Positions 53,954-63,587 of a stretch of 64,000 bases of DNA are shown piece by piece. The stretch lies in IMG/VR virus record IMGVR_UViG_3300014208_000027, positions 32,001 to 96,000 of that record; one strand, 5' to 3'. Position 1 is the first letter of the stretch. Each line of letters opens with the position of its first letter. The notes under the pieces are model-generated. The model was not told the DNA's origin, searched no databases, and saw nothing but the letters and a program-made list of their open reading frames with translations. Both the position numbers and the translations under genes were made by a program. This DNA is from a virus (lineage: Duplodnaviria; Caudoviricetes).

Positions 53954-54865
53954 ATGGAGTTCAAAAAACTTATTGAATCATTTAAACAATTTCTAGAAGA
54001 AACGGTTACAGATATTGTTTATCATATTACAGATTTAGAGTCGGCTGCAAAAATATTGGAAACAAACAAATTTTTAACCTCTATTTCAAGAGGTGAAGAT
54101 ATGGAAAACCCGTCTAGCACTAAAATGAGTAAAGGAAAACAATATTATTTTTCAGTAGCAAGATCTACAATGAGTAGTTATTTTAAAGAATTCCATAGTC
54201 CCGCTGTGATTTTTGTGTTAGATGGAAACAAACTCTCCCAAAGATATAAAGGAATCCCAGTAGACTATAATAGTAGTTTGAGGTTTAAACATCACAGTTT
54301 TGATGAAATGGAGGATAGAATTGTTACCGATAAGCCGTTTATTGAAAATGCGAAGAATTATATTATGGAGGTTCATTGCTTTATTTGGGGTGAAGAATTT
54401 TATAGTCACGACGCTGACTTTTATCATGATGTGAAAAAAATAACAGAAGATAATAATATTCCTATTTTTTTATACATAAAAAAGAAACCATTTCTGTTTT
54501 TGAATAAAAGTAAGTCTATTCCATCGCACAAAATAGATTCTTTTTTGGTAAACAATTCCTTGGGCTGGAAGAAAGTAAGTCGTTATAATGATCCGTTTGA
54601 GAAGGAACTTGAATCTCTAGTAAATATAATCAAGAATTCTGAATCTGAAAATAAACAAAACATAAATAACGAATGGAAAGAAAGAATTCTTGCTGCACCG
54701 AGAGGGTGGGAGCAATATATTAGTTCTATTATCAACAATAGCGATATGCATCGTCACAAGAGAGAGATAATGGACTTTGTTATTTCATATATGAAAAAAA
54801 ATAAACTTTCTTCATATACAGAACTCGGAATCTTTTTAAAAAATAAATTAACAGGTAAAATTTAG
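53954..54865 (+). CDS. Putative packaged ADP-ribosyltransferase-fold protein (paralogue 2)
   Basis: LIESFKQFLEE leader; YHIT, YYFSVARS, LDG.KLSQRYK, DEMEDRI. Confidence 0.55.
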   Translation: MEFKKLIESFKQFLEETVTDIVYHITDLESAAKILETNKFLTSISRGEDMENPSSTKMSKGKQYYFSVARSTMSSYFKEFHSPAVIFVLDGNKLSQRYKGIPVDYNSSLRFKHHSFDEMEDRIVTDKPFIENAKNYIMEVHCFIWGEEFYSHDADFYHDVKKITEDNNIPIFLYIKKKPFLFLNKSKSIPSHKIDSFLVNNSLGWKKVSRYNDPFEKELESLVNIIKNSESENKQNINNEWKERILAAPRGWEQYISSIINNSDMHRHKREIMDFVISYMKKNKLSSYTELGIFLKNKLTGKI

Positions 54866-54874
54866 GAAATCTTA

Positions 54875-57800
54875 ATGTCTACCATTGATACCATTCCATC
54901 AAAAGTTTCCGATACTGCCATCAGGCCAGACGATACCGGCAACGCTGTTAAACTTATTCAAAGTTTTTTAAATAACCAGCCTGGTATGAAGGATCAGCAA
55001 GAACTTTTTCTTTCTACGGGTGGCGTTGATACTTCCTTAACAAGTGCAAAGATTTTCGGTACTTACGAAATTGAAACTCGTAAGGCTATTAGGGATTATC
55101 AAAATAACAACAAGTCTAGGATGAAAAAACTTTCTCAGGCTACCGATGCTGATATTGAGAAAGAAATAAACTTTGGATACATTTCATATATTACTGGTTT
55201 AGTTCTACAAGAAGACATGGGCTTGAAGCCTAATCCTGTGCAGGAAGAAATAAAAAAACCTGTCTTTGATACTCCAACTAAAAAACTTGAAGAGGTATTG
55301 TCTCCACCAGCCAAAATAGAAAGTGTTCCAGAAGCGACTTTTTATGTTAAGACAAAAAATCCTACGCATAGGTTAGCTCTACGTAAGGCTCCTGCTTATG
55401 TGAAGGTTTCTAAAGAAGCAGACCAGGATGAAGATAAAAAGGGTGAGCGAGTTGATATGATGCCTAATGGTACTCTATTAAAGGTTATAGAACCTCATGT
55501 AGGGTATAACTGTGAGTGGCATCAAGTTGAAGTAGTTGATCCAGATTCTAAATGGATTTGGGTTAAAGAAATACAGAAGGCAGATGATTTATTCTGTTAT
55601 GCAGAATTTGTTCAACCTAAAGATGAAAAAAATATTCTTATCCCTGTAAATTGTATTGATTGTACTGAAGTCATTACAGGATCAGAAAGAAAAACTCCTT
55701 TTCCTGATTGGACAAAGTTAACTGAATGTGAACCCTTTTATGACGAAGAGACTTGCAAATTTTACATCGTTGTACAATCTAGTGAAGAAAACACTACGGA
55801 AGAACGTATTATAGAACAAAAAAAAATTGCTGCCATAGATGGCGTTAGGATGTTGCTAGAGTTTTACGACAAACAATGGAGTAAAGAGACTCTTGATAAA
55901 TTAGTTTCATCTGTTGGTGATAAAATTATTGGTAGTAAAGATTACTTTCTTGATGGTAGACCAAGTTCACAGTTAAAATTTCTTGTTGGCATACCTGGAA
56001 AGTATTTTAGAGCTATTCCAAGAACAACTGAATTTTTAGAAAATATTCCTACGCTTGGAGGAATTTTACCTGAAGGTTGGCGAACTGTTTCTTTTAAGTA
56101 TGGAGATTTTAAAGCCAATCTTGAAGTAGTAACAAAAAGATTTGACGAGTACGCTATAGAAATTGATAACTTTGAAGGTGAAATTCTTGACTATGATATA
56201 AGGGAAGAAAATAAAAAACTCAAAGCATTTCCTAAAGTATTTGAACAATTCCTAAAATGGAATGATGTCCCTCCTTCTGATGATAATCAATTTGAAATTG
56301 GATTCTCTGGCCCATGCTTTCAACTTATTTATGTTTTATGGAAACAAGACGTTATTGGTACCCCTTTAAGAATTGGCTTAGAATGTTTTAAACAAACAGA
56401 ACCAGTTCCATTTGAAAGAACGATGGGTTATGTTTTCTACATGTTGGAAATGGGGAAGGACATAAAAAAAGAAAAGCGTAGGTGGATTAGTTTTATTAAC
56501 AGCTATACGTGTCCATTACCAAGAATTGTTATGTCTGCCCCACCAAAGAAAAATGTTGAGGTGGTTGCGAAACGCCATGACGAGAAACCAGTTAAAACCA
56601 CTAAAGAAAAAGAAGTAGAAGACCGTGAAATTGAAACTTTTAGAGATAAATTTATAAGTGTTCGTAATACGCTTATGGAATTTGTTGGTGATCCACTTTT
56701 AGCTTGTGATAATTCAGAAATAGATAAAATTTCTACGCTTGATGAGCTGTATGACAAAGTTTTAAACAAGATAAGTCTGAAGTCTCTTACATCGTTCATT
56801 GCATCTTGTGTAATGGCAAACTTGTCTATTCCAGATATCAATAAAATTATTTGTGATATGGTTTTGAAAGCGTTGCCACTTGATCAGTTAGAAAAACTAA
56901 ATTCTTTACTGGCTAATAATGCGTTTACTAAAGTTCAAGATAAACTTGCAAAATTATCTACCGATCCAAAATTTGCAAATGTTACACCTTCAATAAGATT
57001 AAAAACTGCTATTATTGATGGAGCAACAAAAGATGAAATTTGTAGTGCCATTAACATTTTAGACCCTGGCCTTATAGCATTCCAATTTGCAAAGTTATTT
57101 CCACACATTAACATAAGATTATTTATTCCACCTATTATTAACTTAAAAGATCTTTTACCTACGGCTGACACTCTTAGAGAAATCCGTGCTTTATTAGAAG
57201 AGGCTATCAAGCAAGCCATATCTGCTGCATTGTTGTCAGTAATTAAAAATTTATTTAAGACACTATGCAAATTATGCGCAGCTAGAGGTTTACCAAAAGC
57301 AGATGGAAATTTTGGAGATGTTAATCTTAGAGATGAGTTACCTCCTGGTATAGATCTTAGTAAGTTTGACATTCCTGAAAACATCGATGATTTTTTTGGT
57401 GATTTATCTTCTATTTTAACACCTAATGAGTTATGTGCTTTGTTAAATGGTGAAGCCCCAATAGAAGTTTTAAATGTTGTTAAGTCTCTTTTAAGACGTA
57501 AGTACCCTGATTTATTTATAAGTTTAGACGACACGAGCAAAATAAAAAGTTTATTTTTATACCTTGGAAAATTTGTAGATCCAAGTTTGTGTGCTGAAAT
57601 TGAAAAAGGAAGCACTACTGGGGTACCTTCAAGTCTTTGTGAAGAGAGGGAAAATATAAAAAGAAGTTTGCTTGATGGTAGAATGTCAGATGCTCAAATT
57701 CAAGAACAGATTGACACCGAAAAAGAAAGAAGCAAAGATTTACTTAAAGCACTTCTTGAATTAACTGATGATGGTATATTAGAAAAAATTCTTCCTCCTA

Positions 57801-60535
57801 TTACGAGAGACCCTTGTGATAAGTCTGGAAATAATACTCCAGCTTTGAGAAGCCTTGTACCTCATGACCCTCCATCAATACAAAAATTAAACGATCAAGT
57901 AATAGAAACGATGTATGGTAGTATTGAAAGTACATTCGATGCTGACCTAAAAGGCTTTATAAATTCTTTACAGATTACACCAAATTATCAGGTGAATAAA
58001 GAAGAAAGTGGAAAGTTATATGATCTCGAAAGAAAACTTTCTTCCGATCTTAGCGAGGAAGAAAAAAATAAAAAATTAGAATTAACAGTAAAACAAAATT
58101 CTGTTTCTGCTATTCCTGTTGTGCTTCCAGTTTTGCGAAGAAGTCTGAAGGATAAGAATAATTTCTTTATCAACACTAAAGGAAAACTATATAACAATTT
58201 AGAGTTTAGATATCCTATTCAAGATCCTGAAACCTTAGCATTGTTTGAAGATTTAAAGAAACGAGCACAAGCGTTGACAAAGGAAGAAATAAAAAAGATT
58301 GTAGCAGATACTCCATTGATTATGGACTTCTTTAATAATCTGAACAGTAATATGTTTCAATTAAACAGAGTTGGGAATACTTGCCCTGCTACTTTAGGGA
58401 GTTTTGATAATCCTTCACAACCTGAAGATGTGATAAGTCCTGACGCTATTATTTCTTATAGATTATTTTCTAAGGTGGGAGAAAATAAAAAAGATGATTA
58501 TCACTTCCGGATCTTAGATCCTATTTTTGGTCAAGATGGTGTCTTTACAAATTCTATTGATATTGACCAAGATATAAAAAATTACTTTGCAAACTTTGGA
58601 TTACCATTAGATGCTTCGCTACCTAGAGCAACTTTTGCAAACATGATTCAGAAGACATATCTTGACGTGGTTACGCCGGATAGCAAAGAAAAAATAAAAG
58701 CTAACGTAAAGTTATTTGCATATGCTTACAATGAATTATATGAAGAGATATTTGAAAATCTAGTAGAGAAGTGTACATTGCAAATATCAAATTCAGAATT
58801 GTTTGATGCTAACATTTTAAATAATGTGAAGTGGCAACCTGATAAAGAATTTGCTGAGGATTGTAAAACGAGTCCGAAAACAAGTTTGCTTGGTGTTGAA
58901 GATATTATGGAAAGCGTTAAGCAGCAATATGAACGCGAAATTGGTAAGTGTCCAGATTTATTAGATGAGATTGCTTCTAAAATGGAACCAATGGAACGTG
59001 CTGGTATAAGTGGTGCTGTTACGGCATACGTAAAAGTTGAAACCATAGAAGAACTTATGAGAAGCATATTTGTTTTTACTGAGTTTAAATCTGCCGATCT
59101 TTTTGCCGATCATTCATTTATTGACTATCTCGTTAGAAGGATTAAGCAAGGGATAGAATTAAAAGATCCTGATTTTTATAAAACTATTCTAAGGGAAAGT
59201 AAAAATATAGTTGCCTCCAAGGGTTCATCGATTAAAGACCCATTTGATACTGATGAAAGTATGAATACTAAAAAAATAGTTGATGATACTAACCCTGACT
59301 GGGTTGATGGTTCTGCCGCATTAGAATGGCTTATAAAAAACAACATTAAAAATATGTCCTCAAACCTTGAGGAAGTATTACAGTTTAACAAGTCTGAAAA
59401 TATCTATGAAAACTTATTTGACCAATGGTTCCCAATGAGAGGTTTAATAGAAAGCCATAGAGGATATGAAGATTATTTAAAAAATCCTTTAGGCGATTTT
59501 ACAAATGTATTGACAATTGGAGGAGCGGTAGAGAGTCTTGCAGTTTTGTTTCAAGATAACAACGCAAAAGGTAATTTTATAGTAGAGAAATATAAAAGAT
59601 TTTGCGAACCCTTGGATGGTAAAACTAGTGTAGCTACTGCTGATAAACAACAAAAAACAGATTCAAAATTTAGATACGGTTTACGTTTATCGTTTATCCC
59701 AAGTACGGCGGTAAACTTTAAGAATGATGTGTTGTCAATCTCTGTAGACCCTGCCCTGGCAACAAAAGAAAATAGTTACGCATTTATGTATAATACTGAT
59801 AGTTCTACAGGTGGAGAGTTTACTAAATCAAATAAAGAAACTCATGTTATTATACCATTGGCATTTGCTGAAGAGGAAGATTTAAGGGATGTAAACCTAA
59901 ATGGAGAGGAAGAAAAAAATAAGTTTGTTGAATTGAAGAAGAAGCTAGTCAATACTATAGAGTTTAGAACATTGTTTAACTTTGTATTCCCACTTAAAAG
60001 AATCTTATCATTAAGCGCAATATACAGCATCATCGGTACAGGGAAAGAAGCAAAGAATGCAGAATTTGCATTTGAGAATAGTAAAAGAGTAGTGAAAAAT
60101 TTAATCCAAATCCTTCTACCAACCAACGAGGAATGGTGGCAGAAAAAACTACCTGGTTCTGATAATGATGCGTTAAGAGAAAAATATAATAGTAACGTAA
60201 GCACGAGTGGGGCACCTGGGTATGAAGCATTAGCATTACAAGCTGTAGGACTTATAGCAAAAGGAATGGCTGGAAAATTTGATAGTTGGTATATTCTCGC
60301 GAAAAAATTATTTGATTTTGCTCCGGATGCGTTACCTGCTGGACTTTCACCTGCATCAATTTTAGGAATGCCCCCTGTTAATTTAATTCCGATTATTGGA
60401 GTCTTTCCACCCCTAACTATGCTTGGTATGGCAGCTCTTGCTTTTGGCCTGTTACCAGGGGAAAAGAAAAAAATGTTACAGAATAGTGAGAAAGAGAAAC
60501 AGAAACAATTAGAAAACTGTAAGGATAAAAAATAG
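54875..60535 (+). CDS. 1886-aa probable virion protein; PG-binding-like and SH3b-like N-terminal domains
   Basis: VKLIQSFL..G.Y..ETRKAIRDYQ; LALRKAP..MPNGTLLKV..WHQV; lies before gp25. Confidence 0.65.
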   Translation: MSTIDTIPSKVSDTAIRPDDTGNAVKLIQSFLNNQPGMKDQQELFLSTGGVDTSLTSAKIFGTYEIETRKAIRDYQNNNKSRMKKLSQATDADIEKEINFGYISYITGLVLQEDMGLKPNPVQEEIKKPVFDTPTKKLEEVLSPPAKIESVPEATFYVKTKNPTHRLALRKAPAYVKVSKEADQDEDKKGERVDMMPNGTLLKVIEPHVGYNCEWHQVEVVDPDSKWIWVKEIQKADDLFCYAEFVQPKDEKNILIPVNCIDCTEVITGSERKTPFPDWTKLTECEPFYDEETCKFYIVVQSSEENTTEERIIEQKKIAAIDGVRMLLEFYDKQWSKETLDKLVSSVGDKIIGSKDYFLDGRPSSQLKFLVGIPGKYFRAIPRTTEFLENIPTLGGILPEGWRTVSFKYGDFKANLEVVTKRFDEYAIEIDNFEGEILDYDIREENKKLKAFPKVFEQFLKWNDVPPSDDNQFEIGFSGPCFQLIYVLWKQDVIGTPLRIGLECFKQTEPVPFERTMGYVFYMLEMGKDIKKEKRRWISFINSYTCPLPRIVMSAPPKKNVEVVAKRHDEKPVKTTKEKEVEDREIETFRDKFISVRNTLMEFVGDPLLACDNSEIDKISTLDELYDKVLNKISLKSLTSFIASCVMANLSIPDINKIICDMVLKALPLDQLEKLNSLLANNAFTKVQDKLAKLSTDPKFANVTPSIRLKTAIIDGATKDEICSAINILDPGLIAFQFAKLFPHINIRLFIPPIINLKDLLPTADTLREIRALLEEAIKQAISAALLSVIKNLFKTLCKLCAARGLPKADGNFGDVNLRDELPPGIDLSKFDIPENIDDFFGDLSSILTPNELCALLNGEAPIEVLNVVKSLLRRKYPDLFISLDDTSKIKSLFLYLGKFVDPSLCAEIEKGSTTGVPSSLCEERENIKRSLLDGRMSDAQIQEQIDTEKERSKDLLKALLELTDDGILEKILPPITRDPCDKSGNNTPALRSLVPHDPPSIQKLNDQVIETMYGSIESTFDADLKGFINSLQITPNYQVNKEESGKLYDLERKLSSDLSEEEKNKKLELTVKQNSVSAIPVVLPVLRRSLKDKNNFFINTKGKLYNNLEFRYPIQDPETLALFEDLKKRAQALTKEEIKKIVADTPLIMDFFNNLNSNMFQLNRVGNTCPATLGSFDNPSQPEDVISPDAIISYRLFSKVGENKKDDYHFRILDPIFGQDGVFTNSIDIDQDIKNYFANFGLPLDASLPRATFANMIQKTYLDVVTPDSKEKIKANVKLFAYAYNELYEEIFENLVEKCTLQISNSELFDANILNNVKWQPDKEFAEDCKTSPKTSLLGVEDIMESVKQQYEREIGKCPDLLDEIASKMEPMERAGISGAVTAYVKVETIEELMRSIFVFTEFKSADLFADHSFIDYLVRRIKQGIELKDPDFYKTILRESKNIVASKGSSIKDPFDTDESMNTKKIVDDTNPDWVDGSAALEWLIKNNIKNMSSNLEEVLQFNKSENIYENLFDQWFPMRGLIESHRGYEDYLKNPLGDFTNVLTIGGAVESLAVLFQDNNAKGNFIVEKYKRFCEPLDGKTSVATADKQQKTDSKFRYGLRLSFIPSTAVNFKNDVLSISVDPALATKENSYAFMYNTDSSTGGEFTKSNKETHVIIPLAFAEEEDLRDVNLNGEEEKNKFVELKKKLVNTIEFRTLFNFVFPLKRILSLSAIYSIIGTGKEAKNAEFAFENSKRVVKNLIQILLPTNEEWWQKKLPGSDNDALREKYNSNVSTSGAPGYEALALQAVGLIAKGMAGKFDSWYILAKKLFDFAPDALPAGLSPASILGMPPVNLIPIIGVFPPLTMLGMAALAFGLLPGEKKKMLQNSEKEKQKQLENCKDKK

Positions 60536-60537
60536 TC

Positions 60538-60933
60538 ATGGCTCAAGGTATTTCCTGTGCGTTACCATTAGTAATTGACACTAGCGATGGTGCGTATCAT
60601 TTAATTAAAAATTACAAAGACATGGTGCGTCAAAATTTAAAAATGCTCTTATTAACCTCGCCGGGTGAACGGGTTTGGGATGCCAACTACGGTGTAGGCA
60701 TAAAAAGATACTTATTTTTACATAACATTTCAAGTGTCCTAAATGATATCCACACCCGCATCATGACTCAATGTCAAAATTTTATGCCGTTCCTAGACAT
60801 TCAAGATATACAGTTTTTCACTTCGGATAATGATCCTAACGTAGATGTAAACGCTATAGTAATAAAGATATCTTACAGTATTATACCGTTGGGGGAAGAT
60901 GACACTTTAACACTTAATGAGAAGTTAAGTTAG
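60538..60933 (+). CDS. Baseplate wedge gp25/GPW-like
   Basis: VRQNLKMLLLTSPGERVWD.NYGVGI..YLF. Confidence 0.9.
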   Translation: MAQGISCALPLVIDTSDGAYHLIKNYKDMVRQNLKMLLLTSPGERVWDANYGVGIKRYLFLHNISSVLNDIHTRIMTQCQNFMPFLDIQDIQFFTSDNDPNVDVNAIVIKISYSIIPLGEDDTLTLNEKLS

Positions 60934-61109
60934 AGTTTATCGTAGTGGTTACTTAAATGACTTATCCATTCCCAGCCCTTGCAATTATCTGCAAAAGAGA
61001 ACATATTTATTTTAAAAACATTGTCATATCTTAATGGTTCACTTGTTACTAAATAAATATTTTTAGTGAGACGACTTTGAATCAAATCACCAACTTCAAA
61101 GTTTGTCAT
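60930..61109 (-). CDS. 59-aa SH3/KOW-like protein (not in track)
   Basis: MTNFEVGDLIQSRLTKNIYLVT... Confidence 0.6.
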   Translation of the reverse strand: MTNFEVGDLIQSRLTKNIYLVTSEPLRYDNVFKINMFSFADNCKGWEWISHLSNHYDKL

Positions 61110-61488
61110 TTCTAAATCTTTCTCTCCATTTTTCTTCCGCTTCTTCTATAGATTCTTCACTTTCCCAATCATCGATAAGAGTTTTTGGATCGTCTGCATA
61201 TCCTAGTTGTTCTGCAAGATAGATAAGTGATGGATTATTATATTTTCTACCTCGACGAAAAATTCCATGGCTATAAACTTTTGATATCCACGTACCTTCG
61301 TTTTCAACTTCTATTCGTGCAAAAAGTACGTGAACATGTTTACCATCTTGTTCTTCTTTTATATATTTTAAACTTCCATCTGAATAATTATAATGATATT
61401 CATTAGCCGCTTCTTCTGGCGTTTCTGCTTCTATCGCCTTATAATTTGATATTGCTGGAATTACCATTCTACAATTAAAATTTGTCAT
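61096..61488 (-). CDS. Hypothetical protein
   Basis: SD GAGG; 130 aa. Confidence 0.65.
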   Translation of the reverse strand: MTNFNCRMVIPAISNYKAIEAETPEEAANEYHYNYSDGSLKYIKEEQDGKHVHVLFARIEVENEGTWISKVYSHGIFRRGRKYNNPSLIYLAEQLGYADDPKTLIDDWESEESIEEAEEKWRERFRNDKL

Positions 61489-61691
61489 AATTCCTCAAAT
61501 ATACCTAAATGATCTTCTGGAATTAAAGTTTTGTGATTTTTCGTAACATTTAAAACACCAATCATTCTTTGATCTTCTACGACTTCCCAAAGCACATCAT
61601 CCCCACCATCGCCTAGAACTAGATATATGTCTGTATCAAATGGGCCTTTTATCTTTATAAGTTGCCCTTGTTTTAGTTCTTGTAACTTCAT
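61485..61691 (-). CDS. Small SH3/KOW-like protein
   Basis: LKQGQLIKI..DIYLV. Confidence 0.6.
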   Translation of the reverse strand: MKLQELKQGQLIKIKGPFDTDIYLVLGDGGDDVLWEVVEDQRMIGVLNVTKNHKTLIPEDHLGIFEEL

Positions 61692-61697
61692 TCATAC

Positions 61698-61725
61698 AAT
61701 ATACCATACTTACCAAAATTTTCAA
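61698..61725 (-). promoter_or_regulatory. sigma70-type promoter
   Basis: TTGAAA (61725-61720), 16 nt, TGg-TATATT (61703-61698), 6 nt before ATG 61691. Confidence 0.55.
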
Positions 61726-61757
61726 GTGGCAACAAAAAAATAATCTATTCCAATTTG

Positions 61758-61764
61758 CTAATTA
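61758..61764 (+). promoter_or_regulatory. Late-type heptamer CTAATTA
   Basis: Upstream of SD AAGGA and the baseplate wedge gene. Confidence 0.55.
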
Positions 61765-61790
61765 CTACACAACAGTAAGGAAACTACACC

Positions 61791-63587
61791 TTGGCACAGA
61801 AAAGACGTAAAGTAGGAGTTGATTACTTATCTACCGATTTTAATAGTATTAAAAATTCTCTAGTAGAGTACGCTAAACGATATTACGAGAATAGTAATAA
61901 AGATTTCTCAGAAAATAGCTTTGGTAGTATGGTTACCGACATGACTGCATATGTAGGTGATATACTATCATATTACTTAACTTATTCTGTAAATGAAAGT
62001 TTTCTTGATAGTGCTTTAGAATATCAAAATGTTATAAAAATAGGAAGATCTCTAGGATACAAATTTAAAGGTGTTCCAACTTCATATGGCGTCTTAACGA
62101 CATACGTTATGATCCCGTCAGACGGTCAAGGAAGACCAGATATAAGATATTTTCCTACACTTATGAAAGGTTCAAGATTTAGTTCTAATGGTGGGGCAAG
62201 TTTTACACTTAGAGAAAATATAGACTTTAGCAAGAGTGACAATGAAATAATTGTTGCTGCTGTAAATGATAACGGGTCACCTGCTAGTTATGCCGTAAAA
62301 AGTTTTGGAACTGTTCTTAGTGGGGATTACAATGAAGAAATTATTAGCATTGGAAGTTTTCAAAAGTTTCTTAAAGTTAGATTAAGTGGCCAAAATATAG
62401 CAGAAGTGTTAGAAGTGGTAAGTCAAGAAGGTGACAGTTGGTATGAAACGGAGACGTTGAGCCAAAATGTCGTCTGGAAGGAAATAAATAATGTTAACGC
62501 TGCAACCGACGGTGCATTATCAATCTTAAAACCTATCACAGTTCCTAGAAGATTCTCAGTAGAACAAGATGGAAATGGGAATACTTTTCTACAGTTTGGA
62601 GCAAGTTCTGGTGAAGATATATTAGCAAATAATATTTTAGATCCTACCAATACTACGCTACAGCTTCTAGGAAGAGATTATATTTCAGATACGAGTTTTG
62701 ATCCGTCAGAATTGTTAACAGGTGATGGAATGGGAATAGCTCCGTCTAATACACAATTAAGAGTGCTAACAAGAAATTTAAGTATTCAAAACTCTAACGC
62801 TGCACAAAATAGCATAACGGAAGTAACAAGTCCTATATTTGAATTTAGGAATAGAGTAAGTTTAAATACAAATACTATAAATTCTGTTGTAAGTTCTCTA
62901 GAGGTTCTAAATGACGAGCCAATTTTAGGTGCAATATCTTTGCCTACTAGTGAAGAATTAAAACTAAGAATTGAAGGCAATTACGCTAGTCAAGATAGAT
63001 GCGTAACCGGACAAGATTTTAAGGCAGCAATTTATAACATGCCTGCTAAATTTGGAGCAATTAGACGCTGCAACGTGATGACGGATATCAACTCGTTCAA
63101 AAGAAATTTAAACATTTATCTGGTTAGTGAAAACTCTGATGGAACACTTGTTGCGCCATCAAATACTATCAAACAAAATTTGAAAAACTGGCTGGCAAGT
63201 AAAAAGTTAATTGGTGATACTGTAGATCTACTTCCCGCCATAATTGTGAATGTTGGTATAAACTTCGAAATCGTCGCGCAACCTGAAAAAAATAAATTTA
63301 GCGTTTTACAAATAGCTACTGATGAATTAATTTCTCAATTATCAACTGTGCAAGATATAGGTCAAAGTTTCGACGTAAGTGCAATATATCAAATATTGAA
63401 AAATATACCAGAAGTTTTGGATTGTGTTAGTGTAAATATTATAAATAAAAATGGCGGGAACTATTCTGACGTGTCTGTAAATATTGACCAATTACTTGAT
63501 CCAAGTGGAAGATTTGTACGTTGCCCCAACAATGTGATATTCGAAATAAAATATTTACGTAGTGACATTCAAGGATCTGTCTCCTAA
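61791..63587 (+). CDS. Baseplate wedge gp6/J-like
   Basis: YL..DF.SIK..L..YA..Y..DF.E.S.G....D..AYVGD.LSYY; QDRCVT.QD...MP.KFG.I. Confidence 0.9.
   Translation: MAQKRRKVGVDYLSTDFNSIKNSLVEYAKRYYENSNKDFSENSFGSMVTDMTAYVGDILSYYLTYSVNESFLDSALEYQNVIKIGRSLGYKFKGVPTSYGVLTTYVMIPSDGQGRPDIRYFPTLMKGSRFSSNGGASFTLRENIDFSKSDNEIIVAAVNDNGSPASYAVKSFGTVLSGDYNEEIISIGSFQKFLKVRLSGQNIAEVLEVVSQEGDSWYETETLSQNVVWKEINNVNAATDGALSILKPITVPRRFSVEQDGNGNTFLQFGASSGEDILANNILDPTNTTLQLLGRDYISDTSFDPSELLTGDGMGIAPSNTQLRVLTRNLSIQNSNAAQNSITEVTSPIFEFRNRVSLNTNTINSVVSSLEVLNDEPILGAISLPTSEELKLRIEGNYASQDRCVTGQDFKAAIYNMPAKFGAIRRCNVMTDINSFKRNLNIYLVSENSDGTLVAPSNTIKQNLKNWLASKKLIGDTVDLLPAIIVNVGINFEIVAQPEKNKFSVLQIATDELISQLSTVQDIGQSFDVSAIYQILKNIPEVLDCVSVNIINKNGGNYSDVSVNIDQLLDPSGRFVRCPNNVIFEIKYLRSDIQGSVS

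Noticed and set aside
9807-60546. Many 60-230 aa opposite-strand ORFs in the track (e.g. 9807-10193, 56935-57615, 59842-60546)
   Set aside because: They lie fully inside well-supported genes, have Ser/Phe/Leu-rich shadow composition and show no motifs or RBS.
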